A stretch of DNA of 64,000 nt, taken from IMG/VR virus record IMGVR_UViG_3300010356_002264; one strand, given 5' to 3'. Origin of the DNA: a virus. Lineage: Duplodnaviria > Caudoviricetes. The notes below the pieces were generated by a model that had not been told where the DNA came from, ran no database searches, and worked only from the letters and a program-made list of their open reading frames with translations. The position numbers and the translations under genes are program-made. Of the stretch, positions 1 through 13,899 are shown piece after piece (position 1 is the first letter of the stretch; every line of letters starts with the position of its first letter).

Positions 1-324
1 GTGATGGGGGGCAAGCTGCCCAACTTCGTCGGGATAGGCTCGATGTGTACGCGCCACGTCAACGGGCCGGACGGCATCCTGGCGATCGTGGACGCCCTCG
101 ACCAGATCCTACCTAAGAACACCCAGTTCCACCTCTACGGGGTCAAGGGGGATGCGCTTCCCCACCTCAAGAACAACCCTCGCGTCAGGTCGTGCGACTC
201 GATGGCGTGGGACGACCGCGCGCGCTGGGCCGCGTTCGCGGAGGGACGACCCAGCGCGCGCGTCAAGGAGCGTGTGAACCACATGCTGCACTTCACGGAA
301 GTAAACCTGGCACACATACGATAG
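1..324 (+). CDS. TGT/DpdA-like (DUF7221-type) deazaguanine transglycosylase-like protein, 5'-truncated by window edge
   Basis: Motifs VGIGSMC-R, HLYGVK and SCDSMAW resemble the C-terminal barrel of phage queuine-tRNA-ribosyltransferase-like/DpdA proteins. Confidence 0.65.
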   Translation: MMGGKLPNFVGIGSMCTRHVNGPDGILAIVDALDQILPKNTQFHLYGVKGDALPHLKNNPRVRSCDSMAWDDRARWAAFAEGRPSARVKERVNHMLHFTEVNLAHIR

Positions 325-403
325 ACAGCTCCCGCTCCACCTGGGTATCCTCCCAACGTACGGGGCGCGATGTGTGCCCAGATGAACAAAAGGACCTTAG
401 ATC

Positions 404-769
404 ATGAGTAAGAAGCTATACGTGGGGAACCTCCCCTACGGCGTCGACGACGCCGAACTCGCCCAGACCTTCAGCAGGCACGGTGCGGTCAAGAGCGCCC
501 AGGTCATCCGTGACCGCACGACCGACCAGTCCAAGGGGTTCGGGTTCGTCGAGATGGAGACCGCCGCGGAGGCGCAGGCCGCCATCGACAAGCTGCACGG
601 CACGCAGCTTGGTGGGCGCACCTTGACGGTCAACGAGGCCAAGCCTCGTGAGGACCGTGGCGGCGGCGGAGGCGGTGGCTACGGTGGCGGGGGCGGCTAT
701 GGTGGTCGCGATAGCGGCAATCGCCGTCGCCGCGACGACGATGACGGCAACCGTCGCTCACGCTACTAG
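404..769 (+). CDS. RRM (RNP-1) RNA-binding protein with Gly/Arg-rich tail
   Basis: RNP2 LYVGNL, RNP1 KGFGFVEM, LTVNEA; AAGGA SD upstream. Confidence 0.95.
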   Translation: MSKKLYVGNLPYGVDDAELAQTFSRHGAVKSAQVIRDRTTDQSKGFGFVEMETAAEAQAAIDKLHGTQLGGRTLTVNEAKPREDRGGGGGGGYGGGGGYGGRDSGNRRRRDDDDGNRRSRY

Positions 770-810
770 CTCTCAGCTCCGGTTCGGGCTCACTCTCCGG
801 GTTCCCTCCC

Positions 811-1350
811 ATGCGGGAACCCTCCATCCATCCCGGTGAGGTCCTCCTCACCGACTTCAGCAGCAACACCTACGCCTACAAGTACCGCCTCTCCTTCACG
901 GGAGAGCGGAGCTTCCTGCGCGTCCACAGAACCGATCTCCACATCGGACAGGCAGCCCTGATCTGCGATCTGTCCCTAACCCGGCCCGAGGCCGAGGCCC
1001 TGGGCGCGGCCTTGGACATCTACCTGATGTGCGGGGGGTTGCGTAACAGGTACGAGCTACATCCGAGCCGTGGTGAGTACCCCCTCATACACTCGAACGG
1101 CAACGTGACGCTTGGGAAGTTCGTCACGTTGCCGAGCGGGCGGGTCTACACCTGCAAGTCGCTCGCGACCTACCGCGCCGACCTGGTCGATAGCTTCGGG
1201 CTCGTCGTGGACGAGCCGCAAGGCCACGAGTGCGTGGGTCTTGGCGACCGCGTCGCTGACCTGGCGCTCGACCTTGCGGACGCCACCATGCTGCGAGATG
1301 GGCTGGCGCAGTTCGTCGCGTCCGCTCAGTTAAGCAGCCTTCCCTCCTGA
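811..1350 (+). CDS. hypothetical protein
   Basis: Natural-looking ORF; CAGCTCC motif 37 nt upstream. Confidence 0.65.
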   Translation: MREPSIHPGEVLLTDFSSNTYAYKYRLSFTGERSFLRVHRTDLHIGQAALICDLSLTRPEAEALGAALDIYLMCGGLRNRYELHPSRGEYPLIHSNGNVTLGKFVTLPSGRVYTCKSLATYRADLVDSFGLVVDEPQGHECVGLGDRVADLALDLADATMLRDGLAQFVASAQLSSLPS

Positions 1351-1838
1351 GGAAGCATGGAGCGGAAGGCTCCCTCGACCCTGGTGGGCTGCCAGCGTGT
1401 GATGCGCGGGGTGCAGGACTCTCCACGCTCGATGAGGCCGCTCCATACGGAGACGCCATCCCCGCGGGCCTCGCTGAGCAGCAGCACCCCGTCCTGACAT
1501 CCAGGCACCTCGTCGAGTCGGCCATCCAGGTAGAGGAGCTCGATACGACGCTCCTCGGCGGGGTCGTCCGGGACCTTGGGCATCCAGCACTCGGCCGCGT
1601 GGAACACCGCGAAGGCCCCCTCGAGTTGGTGGCACAGCGCCCGGAGGGCCTCTCGCTGGTCCTCCAGCCGAGGGATGCGGGACAGGTCTGAGGGGACCTC
1701 CGCGTGGACCTGTCCCAAGAGGTCTCGCCACATCACGAAGCCAAACGGCGCAATGCGCCCGTCCCGAGCGAACTTGCTCTCGATGAGGTGCTGTATCCGG
1801 GCGACCGCTTCGTCCCGGTCGAAGGATGTTGGGTACAT
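1326..1838 (-). CDS. hypothetical protein
   Basis: Plausible composition from MYPTSF; CAGCTC motif 38 nt upstream; start uncertain. Confidence 0.6.
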   Translation of the reverse strand: MYPTSFDRDEAVARIQHLIESKFARDGRIAPFGFVMWRDLLGQVHAEVPSDLSRIPRLEDQREALRALCHQLEGAFAVFHAAECWMPKVPDDPAEERRIELLYLDGRLDEVPGCQDGVLLLSEARGDGVSVWSGLIERGESCTPRITRWQPTRVEGAFRSMLPQEGRLLN

Positions 1839-1889
1839 GTCTTGCATAGTGGCCTGATGAACCCTCAAGAGAGCTGAGCGAGGAGGACA

Positions 1890-2423
1890 GTGATGAAGGA
1901 CATCAAGACGTGGGCACGGGACATCGTACGAGACGCGCGTCGGACTGGGTCGACCACCCAGATCGCACGGGCTGCCGTGCAGGGACGCACCGACGTGGCG
2001 GTCGTGCTGCCGAGCAGCAACGCGGCCCTGGACTTCCGCACGCACTACCTGGTGCCCGCGGCCGTCCGGGCTAACCTCGCGGTCGAGCAGCTTCCCAAGA
2101 GCCCAGCCATCAGGATCTTTGGAGACGACGGCACGAACCACTATGTGTACGTGCTGGTGGCCGGACAGGACGTGCAGGGGTTGCCCGCGGTGCCTCTCCT
2201 GTTCGACCCGGCCGTCGTGTACCTGGTCTCGACGTTCGGGCAAGGGGCGTCCCCCGTGGCGTCCCTGCGCGAGATCATCCTGTACGGGACGACCGCGGGG
2301 ACGGCGGGCCTGCTCGGCCTCCTGCTGCGCCCGCACCTGGGGCGCTGGGCGGTCGGGGCTGCCGTGGCGGTCGGGACGCTGGTTCCCGCGCTGCGCGCGC
2401 TACGCCGGCTGCGCCGCCGGTAG
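1890..2423 (+). CDS. hypothetical protein with C-terminal hydrophobic segments
   Basis: AGGAGG SD; two hydrophobic stretches. Confidence 0.6.
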   Translation: MMKDIKTWARDIVRDARRTGSTTQIARAAVQGRTDVAVVLPSSNAALDFRTHYLVPAAVRANLAVEQLPKSPAIRIFGDDGTNHYVYVLVAGQDVQGLPAVPLLFDPAVVYLVSTFGQGASPVASLREIILYGTTAGTAGLLGLLLRPHLGRWAVGAAVAVGTLVPALRALRRLRRR

Positions 2424-2852
2424 CGTGAGAGAGGGGCCTGACCGCGCACTCAGCACGAGCCCCGCGGGAAAGCTGCGCAGCCACTCGGAGTCGTGCCCCA
2501 CGTAGAAGTGTGGGCACGACTCCTTGCCACAGGAGTGCCCCGTCTCGATGACGAGCAGGTGCGGAGGGAGGTTCGACACGAACTCCACGTAGGTTGGGTT
2601 GAACGGGGAGCCGGCGACCTGCCGCACGGTGCTCGCGTCGACGACCTTGATCGTTCCCCCCTCGCACGACACGACGGTCATCTCAGTTCGAGACCCCTCG
2701 CTCCAGCACAGGCTGGTCTGGGGGATGCGATACTCGGCCTGCATCGACAGGAAGCCGTCACGTTTGCGGCACTTGATCCCCACGGTCTGGAGCAGGTCGC
2801 GGAGCACCTTGGTGAGGTGGAACTTCTCGCTGTGGTGGTTCGGGGTCGACAT
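2400..2852 (-). CDS. hypothetical protein
   Basis: ORF with CAGCTCC 36 nt upstream. Confidence 0.65.
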   Translation of the reverse strand: MSTPNHHSEKFHLTKVLRDLLQTVGIKCRKRDGFLSMQAEYRIPQTSLCWSEGSRTEMTVVSCEGGTIKVVDASTVRQVAGSPFNPTYVEFVSNLPPHLLVIETGHSCGKESCPHFYVGHDSEWLRSFPAGLVLSARSGPSLTLPAAQPA

Positions 2853-2874
2853 GACCGTTAGTCGATGAGGTTAG

Positions 2875-3183
2875 CTACTTCGGAGCTGAGTCCCACAAGG
2901 CCGCGATCGCGTCCCGCCCTACCTGGGCCGCCAGGGCGCGCAGCTTGCGGACCTTGTTGGCGTCCTTGCGACGCACCCGCGAGATCCAGCGCTCGAAGTC
3001 GCCCCCGTGCTGGCGGGCGAGGCCGGCGGCCCCGTCCACGATCTCACCGAGCTCGGTGACTCCGAGAAGCAGGGTGTAGCGTCCCTGCCACTCGTAGACC
3101 GAGAAGGGCGCGCGCTCCCAGACGAGGAGGCCCCGCGGGGGTCCCGGTTCGCACCTGCGGTTCGAGGCCGTGTAGTAGCTCAC
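2875..3183 (-). CDS. hypothetical protein
   Basis: GTG start overlaps upstream stop; CAGCTT variant 36 nt upstream. Confidence 0.55.
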   Translation of the reverse strand: MSYYTASNRRCEPGPPRGLLVWERAPFSVYEWQGRYTLLLGVTELGEIVDGAAGLARQHGGDFERWISRVRRKDANKVRKLRALAAQVGRDAIAALWDSAPK

Positions 3184-3437
3184 CGGCGAGCCCTGGGGGC
3201 CGATCCCCGGACGAAGCTGAAGTGGACGACGCGGAGCTCGCGCTCTCCCTCCACCAGCACGGCGACGTGCTGCCCCCCGACGAGATGGTGGTGGGAGTCC
3301 TCGCGGAGGAAGCCCTGAAACGTGGCTGTCTGCTCGATGCGGCGTGGGGGTGACAGGTCCTTCTGGTAGACCTCGACGAGGACCCGCGACCCCACCTGGC
3401 GTCGCTTGAGGTTAGCCCGCAGGCGCGTGAAGTCCAT
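3180..3437 (-). CDS. hypothetical protein (MDFTRLRANL...)
   Basis: GGAGG SD; start overlaps upstream stop. Confidence 0.6.
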   Translation of the reverse strand: MDFTRLRANLKRRQVGSRVLVEVYQKDLSPPRRIEQTATFQGFLREDSHHHLVGGQHVAVLVEGERELRVVHFSFVRGSAPRARR

Positions 3438-4027
3438 CAGTCCTCCACGTGCCGAAGGCCGAAGGACGTCGCGGCGCTGACGAGCGCGCGGAACGCGTGG
3501 TTCTCGGTGGGTCCCGCGTCGTGGATGCCTCGGCGGTGGCGAAGGCGTGCGCGCCAGCAGCCCGACCGGCCCGAGTGGAACCCGCTGGGGTCGAAGTACA
3601 CCTCGACGTCGGCCGTCGTGTAGCTGTCCTCGTGGAGCGTGTGGGGAGACGCGTCGGGCGGCAGGGGCTCGAACGCCGACTCCAGCGGGTCGCAGAGACA
3701 CGAGTGCAGCCTCTCGCTGCACGTCGCGCAGCGGTCGCCTCCGTCCGTGACCAGGCACAGGTAGCTTGAGGGCTGGACCTTTCGGCGCATGAGGGGCAGC
3801 GACGCGCGGCAGAACGGGCAGGCCACCAGGCCCGCCACCTCCCCCATGCACCAGGAGCCCGTCCATAGGTGGGAGGCCAGCATCCCTCCGTTGTGGACGC
3901 GGAACCGAATGTGCGACTCGGCGCGTCCGCAGCAGGTGGGTCGGGGACGCAGCGCCTCGATCTCCTGCCGCCGTCGGTCGAGTAGGTTGCCGCGGAACTC
4001 TCGGATCTGCCTGGGAACGTCGCTCAT
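3437..4027 (-). CDS. Cys-rich hypothetical protein
   Basis: CPFC, CATC and CLC motifs; CAGCTCC 37 nt upstream. Confidence 0.6.
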   Translation of the reverse strand: MSDVPRQIREFRGNLLDRRRQEIEALRPRPTCCGRAESHIRFRVHNGGMLASHLWTGSWCMGEVAGLVACPFCRASLPLMRRKVQPSSYLCLVTDGGDRCATCSERLHSCLCDPLESAFEPLPPDASPHTLHEDSYTTADVEVYFDPSGFHSGRSGCWRARLRHRRGIHDAGPTENHAFRALVSAATSFGLRHVED

Positions 4028-4139
4028 CCCTGATGGGTAGAGCGATGCCGACCGACCGGAGCTGAAGGAGTTTCGTCAACCCACCCGCTGGGCTACGAGA
4101 CGTCAGCTCCATCCCGCCGGAAGGTTCCGACCCTTGGTC

Positions 4140-4484
4140 ATGCAGACCTTCATCCTGCGGGAGGAGCACGTGAAGCTGCTCCGCGCCGCCTCCGTCGACA
4201 CGAACCTGGCCGAGTGGGGAGCCCCCACGATCGACCCGAAGCGCCCCTTCGGCAACGGCGACATCACCGGAGACATGGCCCGCATCCTCGGGATGCCGGA
4301 CCCCTCGGAGCTCGGGAAGACCGACCGGGAGCGGTTCGAGCGTCTGATGCTGAAGCTCTTCCGGGAACTCGGCGACGCCCTCCAGGTGGTGCTGGCGGCC
4401 GGGTCGTTCGCGCCGGGGACCTACGTGCAGGGGCTGGTGGACGGGCGCCACTCGTGGCGGCGCGTCGATCGGCTTACCGACTGA
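4140..4484 (+). CDS. hypothetical phage protein
   Basis: IDPKRPFGNGD motif; CAGCTCC 36 nt upstream. Confidence 0.65.
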   Translation: MQTFILREEHVKLLRAASVDTNLAEWGAPTIDPKRPFGNGDITGDMARILGMPDPSELGKTDRERFERLMLKLFRELGDALQVVLAAGSFAPGTYVQGLVDGRHSWRRVDRLTD

Positions 4485-4512
4485 TAGCCTATATGGCTAT
4501 CAAGCCATCTAG

Positions 4513-5514
4513 CTAGCTCTTTAATTCAGAATAGAACACGCCGTAGCTATATTCGCTTAAATCGACCCATTTGTCCTCGTGAACTTTAACTGAGGTATGT
4601 GGTGCCACACACCATAAGTAACCAGGCCACGGTTGGAGAGCTGCAATGATTAGTTGCGTTTTATTCACAGTAACGTGAAGCGGAACAGTTTGATTGATTA
4701 TGTCAACCCACCCTGTGTAGGGTGCGTTATTGATGTATGTTATTATAGGTAGGGGCAAGGATTCTAACCCCAGGCTCTCCAAATTCATGTGCTTAAAGCG
4801 AGCTGCTGATAGTTCTTTAGCCGTTTTTCGTGGGTCTTCATTGCTCCAATTCTTGGGATAGTCGACCTCAAAAATGGGTACGAGACTATCGACGACGCTC
4901 CACATAATTAAGATTCTTTGCTTCTTGGTAGTCACTTCTTTCCATGACCTATTGTTTATAGATATACGATTGTCAATCGCGGACAACGCGATTCTATGTA
5001 TTATAGACCTCAAACAATCAAACAAGTGTGACTTACACACCTTACCTTCCCAGTCCCTGCACTTTACACTGTAAGTGGTGGATGCGTGACATGCCCCGTT
5101 GTGTTTATCAAGAGAAGTGTTCCTGACACTTACGTAGTCGCATGTAATAGCACGGAACAGCACATACTCGTCCAACAGACTGTTACCATCTCTCTGTATC
5201 ACAGAATATTTTGATCCCGCGGGGGCTTCTGCCAGTACGACTCTTATGTCAGGAGGTACTGATCGAGCCAGTTCAATAGGTTTTTGAATTGACTCGTCTA
5301 ATATCCCCTTAACCTCTACAAAAACGCGGGCACCAGGTAGCCAGAAGTCGGGCAGGTACCACGTCCCGCTCGGTAGCTGGTAGCCCTCCTGCTCGTAGGT
5401 CCACTCGATCCCCTTGGAGTCGAACCACTCGGCCCAGGCGGCTTCCAGCTTGGAGCGGAACTTGACGCCCTTGTAGGTGGTGGGGATGGCGGCGATGCGA
5501 GGTGGGGTGCTCAT
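4513..5514 (-). CDS. PD-(D/E)XK endonuclease-like protein with low-GC C-terminal extension
   Basis: YKGVKFRSKLEAAWA...YEQEG...YLPDFWLP...FVEVKG. Confidence 0.8.
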   Translation of the reverse strand: MSTPPRIAAIPTTYKGVKFRSKLEAAWAEWFDSKGIEWTYEQEGYQLPSGTWYLPDFWLPGARVFVEVKGILDESIQKPIELARSVPPDIRVVLAEAPAGSKYSVIQRDGNSLLDEYVLFRAITCDYVSVRNTSLDKHNGACHASTTYSVKCRDWEGKVCKSHLFDCLRSIIHRIALSAIDNRISINNRSWKEVTTKKQRILIMWSVVDSLVPIFEVDYPKNWSNEDPRKTAKELSAARFKHMNLESLGLESLPLPIITYINNAPYTGWVDIINQTVPLHVTVNKTQLIIAALQPWPGYLWCVAPHTSVKVHEDKWVDLSEYSYGVFYSELKS

Positions 5515-6503
5515 GGGGTGCGTCCTGCCTGGGGTTCGAGGTGTTCGACTGCGGGGTACCAGGTGCGGCATACCCTCAGAGCTGACGTCTTGAGCCGGTC
5601 GAGCACCCCGAGCAGGTGAGAGGCGGCCTCGCCCGACCGGATCTCCGTCTCCGAGTACCGGAGCGCCGAGTAGCCGAGGGCGTAGAACGCCTGGGCGGTC
5701 TCGGTGTCGTAGTCGATGCACGCCGACGGATCGCGGAAGCGGCAGCTGGGGCCATGGAAGGCTTCACCGTCGCAGAAGATGAGGATCGTCCGTCCATCCT
5801 CCAGGCGCACCTCGATGTCGGCCTCTCGGCAGGTCGTCTCCCCTCGGACTTGGATCGTGCGCCAGCGATTGCGAGCGTGGATGACGATGCCTTCCGCCTC
5901 CATCTGGCTCACTAGCTCGTCTTCCAGGCCGCTGTGGAGCGTAAGGAGGGTCAGAGTCTGATGGATGGTTCGGACCTTCCGCGTGTGCATCATGCGGTCG
6001 AGGATCTCCTTCCCGAACGCATGCTCACCGATGGCCCGCAGCACCGGGTAGGTGACCCCCGCTTGCTGTCGGATGTCGTTGATGCGGTCGCCGGCCTGGA
6101 TGGCGTGAACGACCCTCTGATAGGTGGGGTCCCCTGGCTCCCAGCGAAGCGTCCTCGCAGTCAGCCCGTCTCGCCGCACCATGGGCACCTTGCCCTTTGG
6201 GCTGAGGTGATCAGTCGGCTTGGTGTCGAAGGTCAGGGCCTCGTACTGGCGCTTCCCGAGCTTCCTCCGCAGGTCGTCGCAGGTGGGGCAGCGCTTACGC
6301 CCCTTGAGCGCCTTGTCGCGCACCTCAAAGAGGCTCCCGCACTTCCTGCACCTCGTCGTGAGCCGGTACTCTGCGCGCCAGGCTAGCCACTCGTGTAGGA
6401 GCTTCCGGTGATCGTCGTCGAGGCGCTTGCGGAGGTGCTGTGTGAGGGCGCGGTAGGTGGGCATGGGCTGCCCGCAGACCCGGCAGTCGCCTAAATAGTT
6501 CAT
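5511..6503 (-). CDS. Zn-finger plus Vsr/DUF559-like endonuclease (putative homing endonuclease)
   Basis: N-terminal CRVC..H, CRKC, CPTC; C-terminal EADI...IFCDGEAFHG...GYSALRYSETEI. Confidence 0.7.
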   Translation of the reverse strand: MNYLGDCRVCGQPMPTYRALTQHLRKRLDDDHRKLLHEWLAWRAEYRLTTRCRKCGSLFEVRDKALKGRKRCPTCDDLRRKLGKRQYEALTFDTKPTDHLSPKGKVPMVRRDGLTARTLRWEPGDPTYQRVVHAIQAGDRINDIRQQAGVTYPVLRAIGEHAFGKEILDRMMHTRKVRTIHQTLTLLTLHSGLEDELVSQMEAEGIVIHARNRWRTIQVRGETTCREADIEVRLEDGRTILIFCDGEAFHGPSCRFRDPSACIDYDTETAQAFYALGYSALRYSETEIRSGEAASHLLGVLDRLKTSALRVCRTWYPAVEHLEPQAGRTP

Positions 6504-6520
6504 TCTGCCAGGGTAGCATA

Positions 6521-7933
6521 CTACCGCATTATATTGTTCCAAGGTCTAGATCGGCCGCGGAACTGCTCGCCCTCGGGCTTGGCGGGGTCGTCGGTCACCA
6601 TGGGGACGAAGTGTCGAGGCCCCACGGGGAAGGGGGGACCGGCCCAGCCCTCCTCCTCGTCGTAGGAGATCTCTCCCGTGACGGGCAGGCGCGGCTCGAC
6701 GATGTCGACGTCCCTGGTCTCGGGGTTGGGGAGCAGGACCCCGTAGGTGGGGACGCGGTACCGCACGTCCCCCTCGTCGATGAAGCTGAGCGTGGTGTGC
6801 TGCTGGAGCAGCGCCCCGCGGTTGGTGGGCCGGTGGGTCGGGCCGACGAGGTAGCGCTCCCCCGACTGCTTGACGACGAGGTCCCCCTGGCGCACGAGCG
6901 GGACGGGGCCGAAGAAGATGTCGTAGGTGTGCTCCTTGTGCCGACCCCACGGGGTACGCGCGATGCGCCGCGGGGCGTCGTCCGGCGCGATGACGGTGTC
7001 GTACGGCCCCTCGTAGCCCCCCACCAGGCCGGTCCCGAAGCACCGCAGGCACATCGCCTCGGGCTGCCGCGCGTACTCCAGCGTGCGGGCGTCCCGCGTG
7101 CAGGTGCAGGGGAGCCCGTTGATGCGGCGGTTGAAGATCTTCACCCGCTCGCCGCCCTGCTGGAGGATCCAGCCGTTGCGCCGCACCGCCTCGCGCCACA
7201 CGTAGTCGGTCTCCTCGACGAGGAGCTTCGAGAACGGCTTGCTGTGGTCGAGGTTCGACTCGATGTAGGCGACCGGGTTGTTGGGGTCGATGGCGACCGT
7301 CGAGAGGCGGTACCAGGTCCACGTCTCGGTCGAGGGGCTCGGGGTGAAGCCCCTGGTGGTGTAGTAGCTCGCCTCCACGACGGAGGTGGGGCTGGGGCGC
7401 GGGTAGGTGACGGTCCTGGAGGCCACGGGCTCCAGGTCGTCCGCGAGCCCGAGCTCGATCTCGTGGCCGCGGCCGAACACGCGGTCGATGGGCACCTCGA
7501 CCCCGTCGACCCGCACCGCGACGTCGTGGGGGTTGGAGGAGTAGACGGGGGCCTGGCCGGGCGCGGACTCTCCCGGCACCACGATGACCTCGCGGGTCCG
7601 GAGCACCCAGCGCTCCCCGCTCCCCGACTGGCCGCGCAGCGACCACCCTCCCTCCCAGGGGATCCGCTCGTGCTCCACGCGGTGCAGGCGCGGCCCGTCC
7701 TCGTAGTAGGTCCCCCCGATGGGGAACGGGGTGACGCGGTAGTAGGGGCCGCGGTCGGAGGCGTCCGACCTGTACAGGTGGACCCCCACCACGTAGAACG
7801 CGCTGTTGACCGCCTGGACCCCCGGGTCGTCCCACAGGATGCGGGTCACCCGCGGGTCGGGAGCGGGGAGCGCGAAGGCGTTGAGCGGGCCTGCCGGGCC
7901 ACCCGCGGGCGTGTTCCAGTAGGGGGTCCCCAT
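6521..7933 (-). CDS. putative virion structural (neck/head-completion-like) protein
   Basis: GERVKIFNRR..PCTC...CLRCFGTGLVGGY motif seen in large-phage structural genes. Confidence 0.5.
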   Translation of the reverse strand: MGTPYWNTPAGGPAGPLNAFALPAPDPRVTRILWDDPGVQAVNSAFYVVGVHLYRSDASDRGPYYRVTPFPIGGTYYEDGPRLHRVEHERIPWEGGWSLRGQSGSGERWVLRTREVIVVPGESAPGQAPVYSSNPHDVAVRVDGVEVPIDRVFGRGHEIELGLADDLEPVASRTVTYPRPSPTSVVEASYYTTRGFTPSPSTETWTWYRLSTVAIDPNNPVAYIESNLDHSKPFSKLLVEETDYVWREAVRRNGWILQQGGERVKIFNRRINGLPCTCTRDARTLEYARQPEAMCLRCFGTGLVGGYEGPYDTVIAPDDAPRRIARTPWGRHKEHTYDIFFGPVPLVRQGDLVVKQSGERYLVGPTHRPTNRGALLQQHTTLSFIDEGDVRYRVPTYGVLLPNPETRDVDIVEPRLPVTGEISYDEEEGWAGPPFPVGPRHFVPMVTDDPAKPEGEQFRGRSRPWNNIMR

Positions 7934-7993
7934 ACAAGACGCGGCCCCATAGGGCGGACAGCTCCACCTCGTCGCGCGGGCACGGGGCCTAGC

Positions 7994-8110
7994 GTGCCTG
8001 TCCCGATCATAAGGGTCGAGGAGCCCCTCTTCTTGCTCGACGAGCTCGGCTACCTCCCCGTCCCCGTGCCCCCAGGGGCTGCGGGGTACGTGGACCTGAG
8101 GGGTCACTAG
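7994..8110 (+). CDS. small hypothetical protein (38 aa)
   Basis: GTG start 35 nt after CAGCTCC; its TAG abuts the in-frame ATG of the next gene. Confidence 0.4.
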   Translation: MPVPIIRVEEPLFLLDELGYLPVPVPPGAAGYVDLRGH

Positions 8111-8998
8111 ATGGGTGGCGTCTACCTGCCGACCGACGACCTCGGGTTCACGACCCGGCCGATGTTCGTCTACGTGAGCTCGTCTGACGAGGGCGGGCGC
8201 GAGCACGCGTACACGTTCGGGACGCGCTGCCTGCTGTGCGGGTCCACCCCGAACCTGCTGAGCGCCGGGGCGCTGTACGGCTGGACGCTCCAGCACGTCC
8301 CCGACCTGTCCGGGGTCCCTCGCCTCTCGGTGACGCTACAGTCCAGAGGCGGGGGCCAGGAGGACAGGTGCATGACCTTCTCCGCGGACCTGTTGAGGAG
8401 CCTCACCAGGGACCCGCAGGAGCGGTCCGACGCGTTCCTCGCGCGCGTGCGCCTGCCCGCCCACGGCCGGGTGGGGGAGCGGGAGGCCGCGCGGCGACTG
8501 CGCTGCGGGGACTTCATGCCGGGGCCGATGCTCTGGCGGGAGCGGCTCCGCCTGTGTCGTCCTGTCCAGGTCCCCGACCACCCCACCCACGCGTTCGAGT
8601 GGGCGAGCGAGCCGGAACGCAGCCTGCTCCGCGCGGCCGTCTCGCACCTGTACGAGCTGAGCGTGCTGGCGCGCTACCTACAGAACCGCATGATGGTCCG
8701 CGCCGCCGTGGGGGAGGTTCCGGTCGACGTCACCGACTACGTGCTCATCGAGGCCGTCACCTGCGCGGCGACGGGTCGTGCGCTCTTCTTGCCCGGTCCG
8801 GCGGTCCCGTGGGACCAGGGTGGGCTGGGGGACCTCGGCGTGGACCTGATGACGGATCGTCGTCGGTACGCGCCGACCTACCTCGCGCTGTCCCCGTCCT
8901 CCCTCCGGGCGGCCTTCGCCGAGGTGCAGCAGAACTGCGCCCGCCTGGAGCCGTGGCGATCGATGCGCCTGGACCCCAGCGCGCTGGGAGACGCCTGA
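8111..8998 (+). CDS. hypothetical protein
   Basis: Long ORF with coding-like codon pattern; CLLC motif. Confidence 0.65.
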   Translation: MGGVYLPTDDLGFTTRPMFVYVSSSDEGGREHAYTFGTRCLLCGSTPNLLSAGALYGWTLQHVPDLSGVPRLSVTLQSRGGGQEDRCMTFSADLLRSLTRDPQERSDAFLARVRLPAHGRVGEREAARRLRCGDFMPGPMLWRERLRLCRPVQVPDHPTHAFEWASEPERSLLRAAVSHLYELSVLARYLQNRMMVRAAVGEVPVDVTDYVLIEAVTCAATGRALFLPGPAVPWDQGGLGDLGVDLMTDRRRYAPTYLALSPSSLRAAFAEVQQNCARLEPWRSMRLDPSALGDA

Positions 8999-9001
8999 CC
9001 G

Positions 9002-9523
9002 CTACGACCGGTCGGAGGCCGGAGGGAGAGCGCGGCGCTCCCCCTCCACGAGGAGCTCGGTGCCGAGGTGGTCGGCGGCGCGCTCGACCTGCCGCAGGTC
9101 GATGCGGAGGAGCTCGGCGGGCGCTCGCGCCAGCACCAGGGCCGCGACCCCGAGGATCGTGGCGACCAGGGCCGCCGAGTGCAGGGGGATGAGGCACCCC
9201 AGGATGAGGGTGAACACCGAGGCGGACCCGCAGGTGCGGGCCATCCCGTGGAGCTCCTGGGCGCGCGCCTGGTAGCGCGCGTGCGCGCGCTCCACGGCCG
9301 GCGCGATCACGGCGCGGGACACCTCCGCCCACCGCCTGCGGTCCACCTCGTCGACGTCGGGAGGTGATGCGGCGGTGATCGCCGTGCAGAGCGTCTCCCC
9401 GACCGGGCGATCCTGCGGGGATCGCCTCTTGCTCGGGGTTGTGGGAAGGGGGACCTGTACCGCGAGGACGGCCAGCCGAAACGCATCCCCGTAGGGTGTC
9501 TGTACGCCGGTGGGGGGCATCAT
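9002..9523 (-). CDS. hypothetical membrane protein
   Basis: Two hydrophobic segments; GGGTA motif upstream of start. Confidence 0.55.
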   Translation of the reverse strand: MMPPTGVQTPYGDAFRLAVLAVQVPLPTTPSKRRSPQDRPVGETLCTAITAASPPDVDEVDRRRWAEVSRAVIAPAVERAHARYQARAQELHGMARTCGSASVFTLILGCLIPLHSAALVATILGVAALVLARAPAELLRIDLRQVERAADHLGTELLVEGERRALPPASDRS

Positions 9524-9599
9524 CGCCTCAGGATACCCGGATCTGCCTCCGATCCCGACCGCGACCCCTGGGTCGCGGGTGCGGGGCGGCTCGCGCTTA

Positions 9600-13863
<4,264 letters not shown>

Positions 13864-13899
13864 GGGGTTTATCGTCTCCCGATCCTCGGGAGGACTCAC

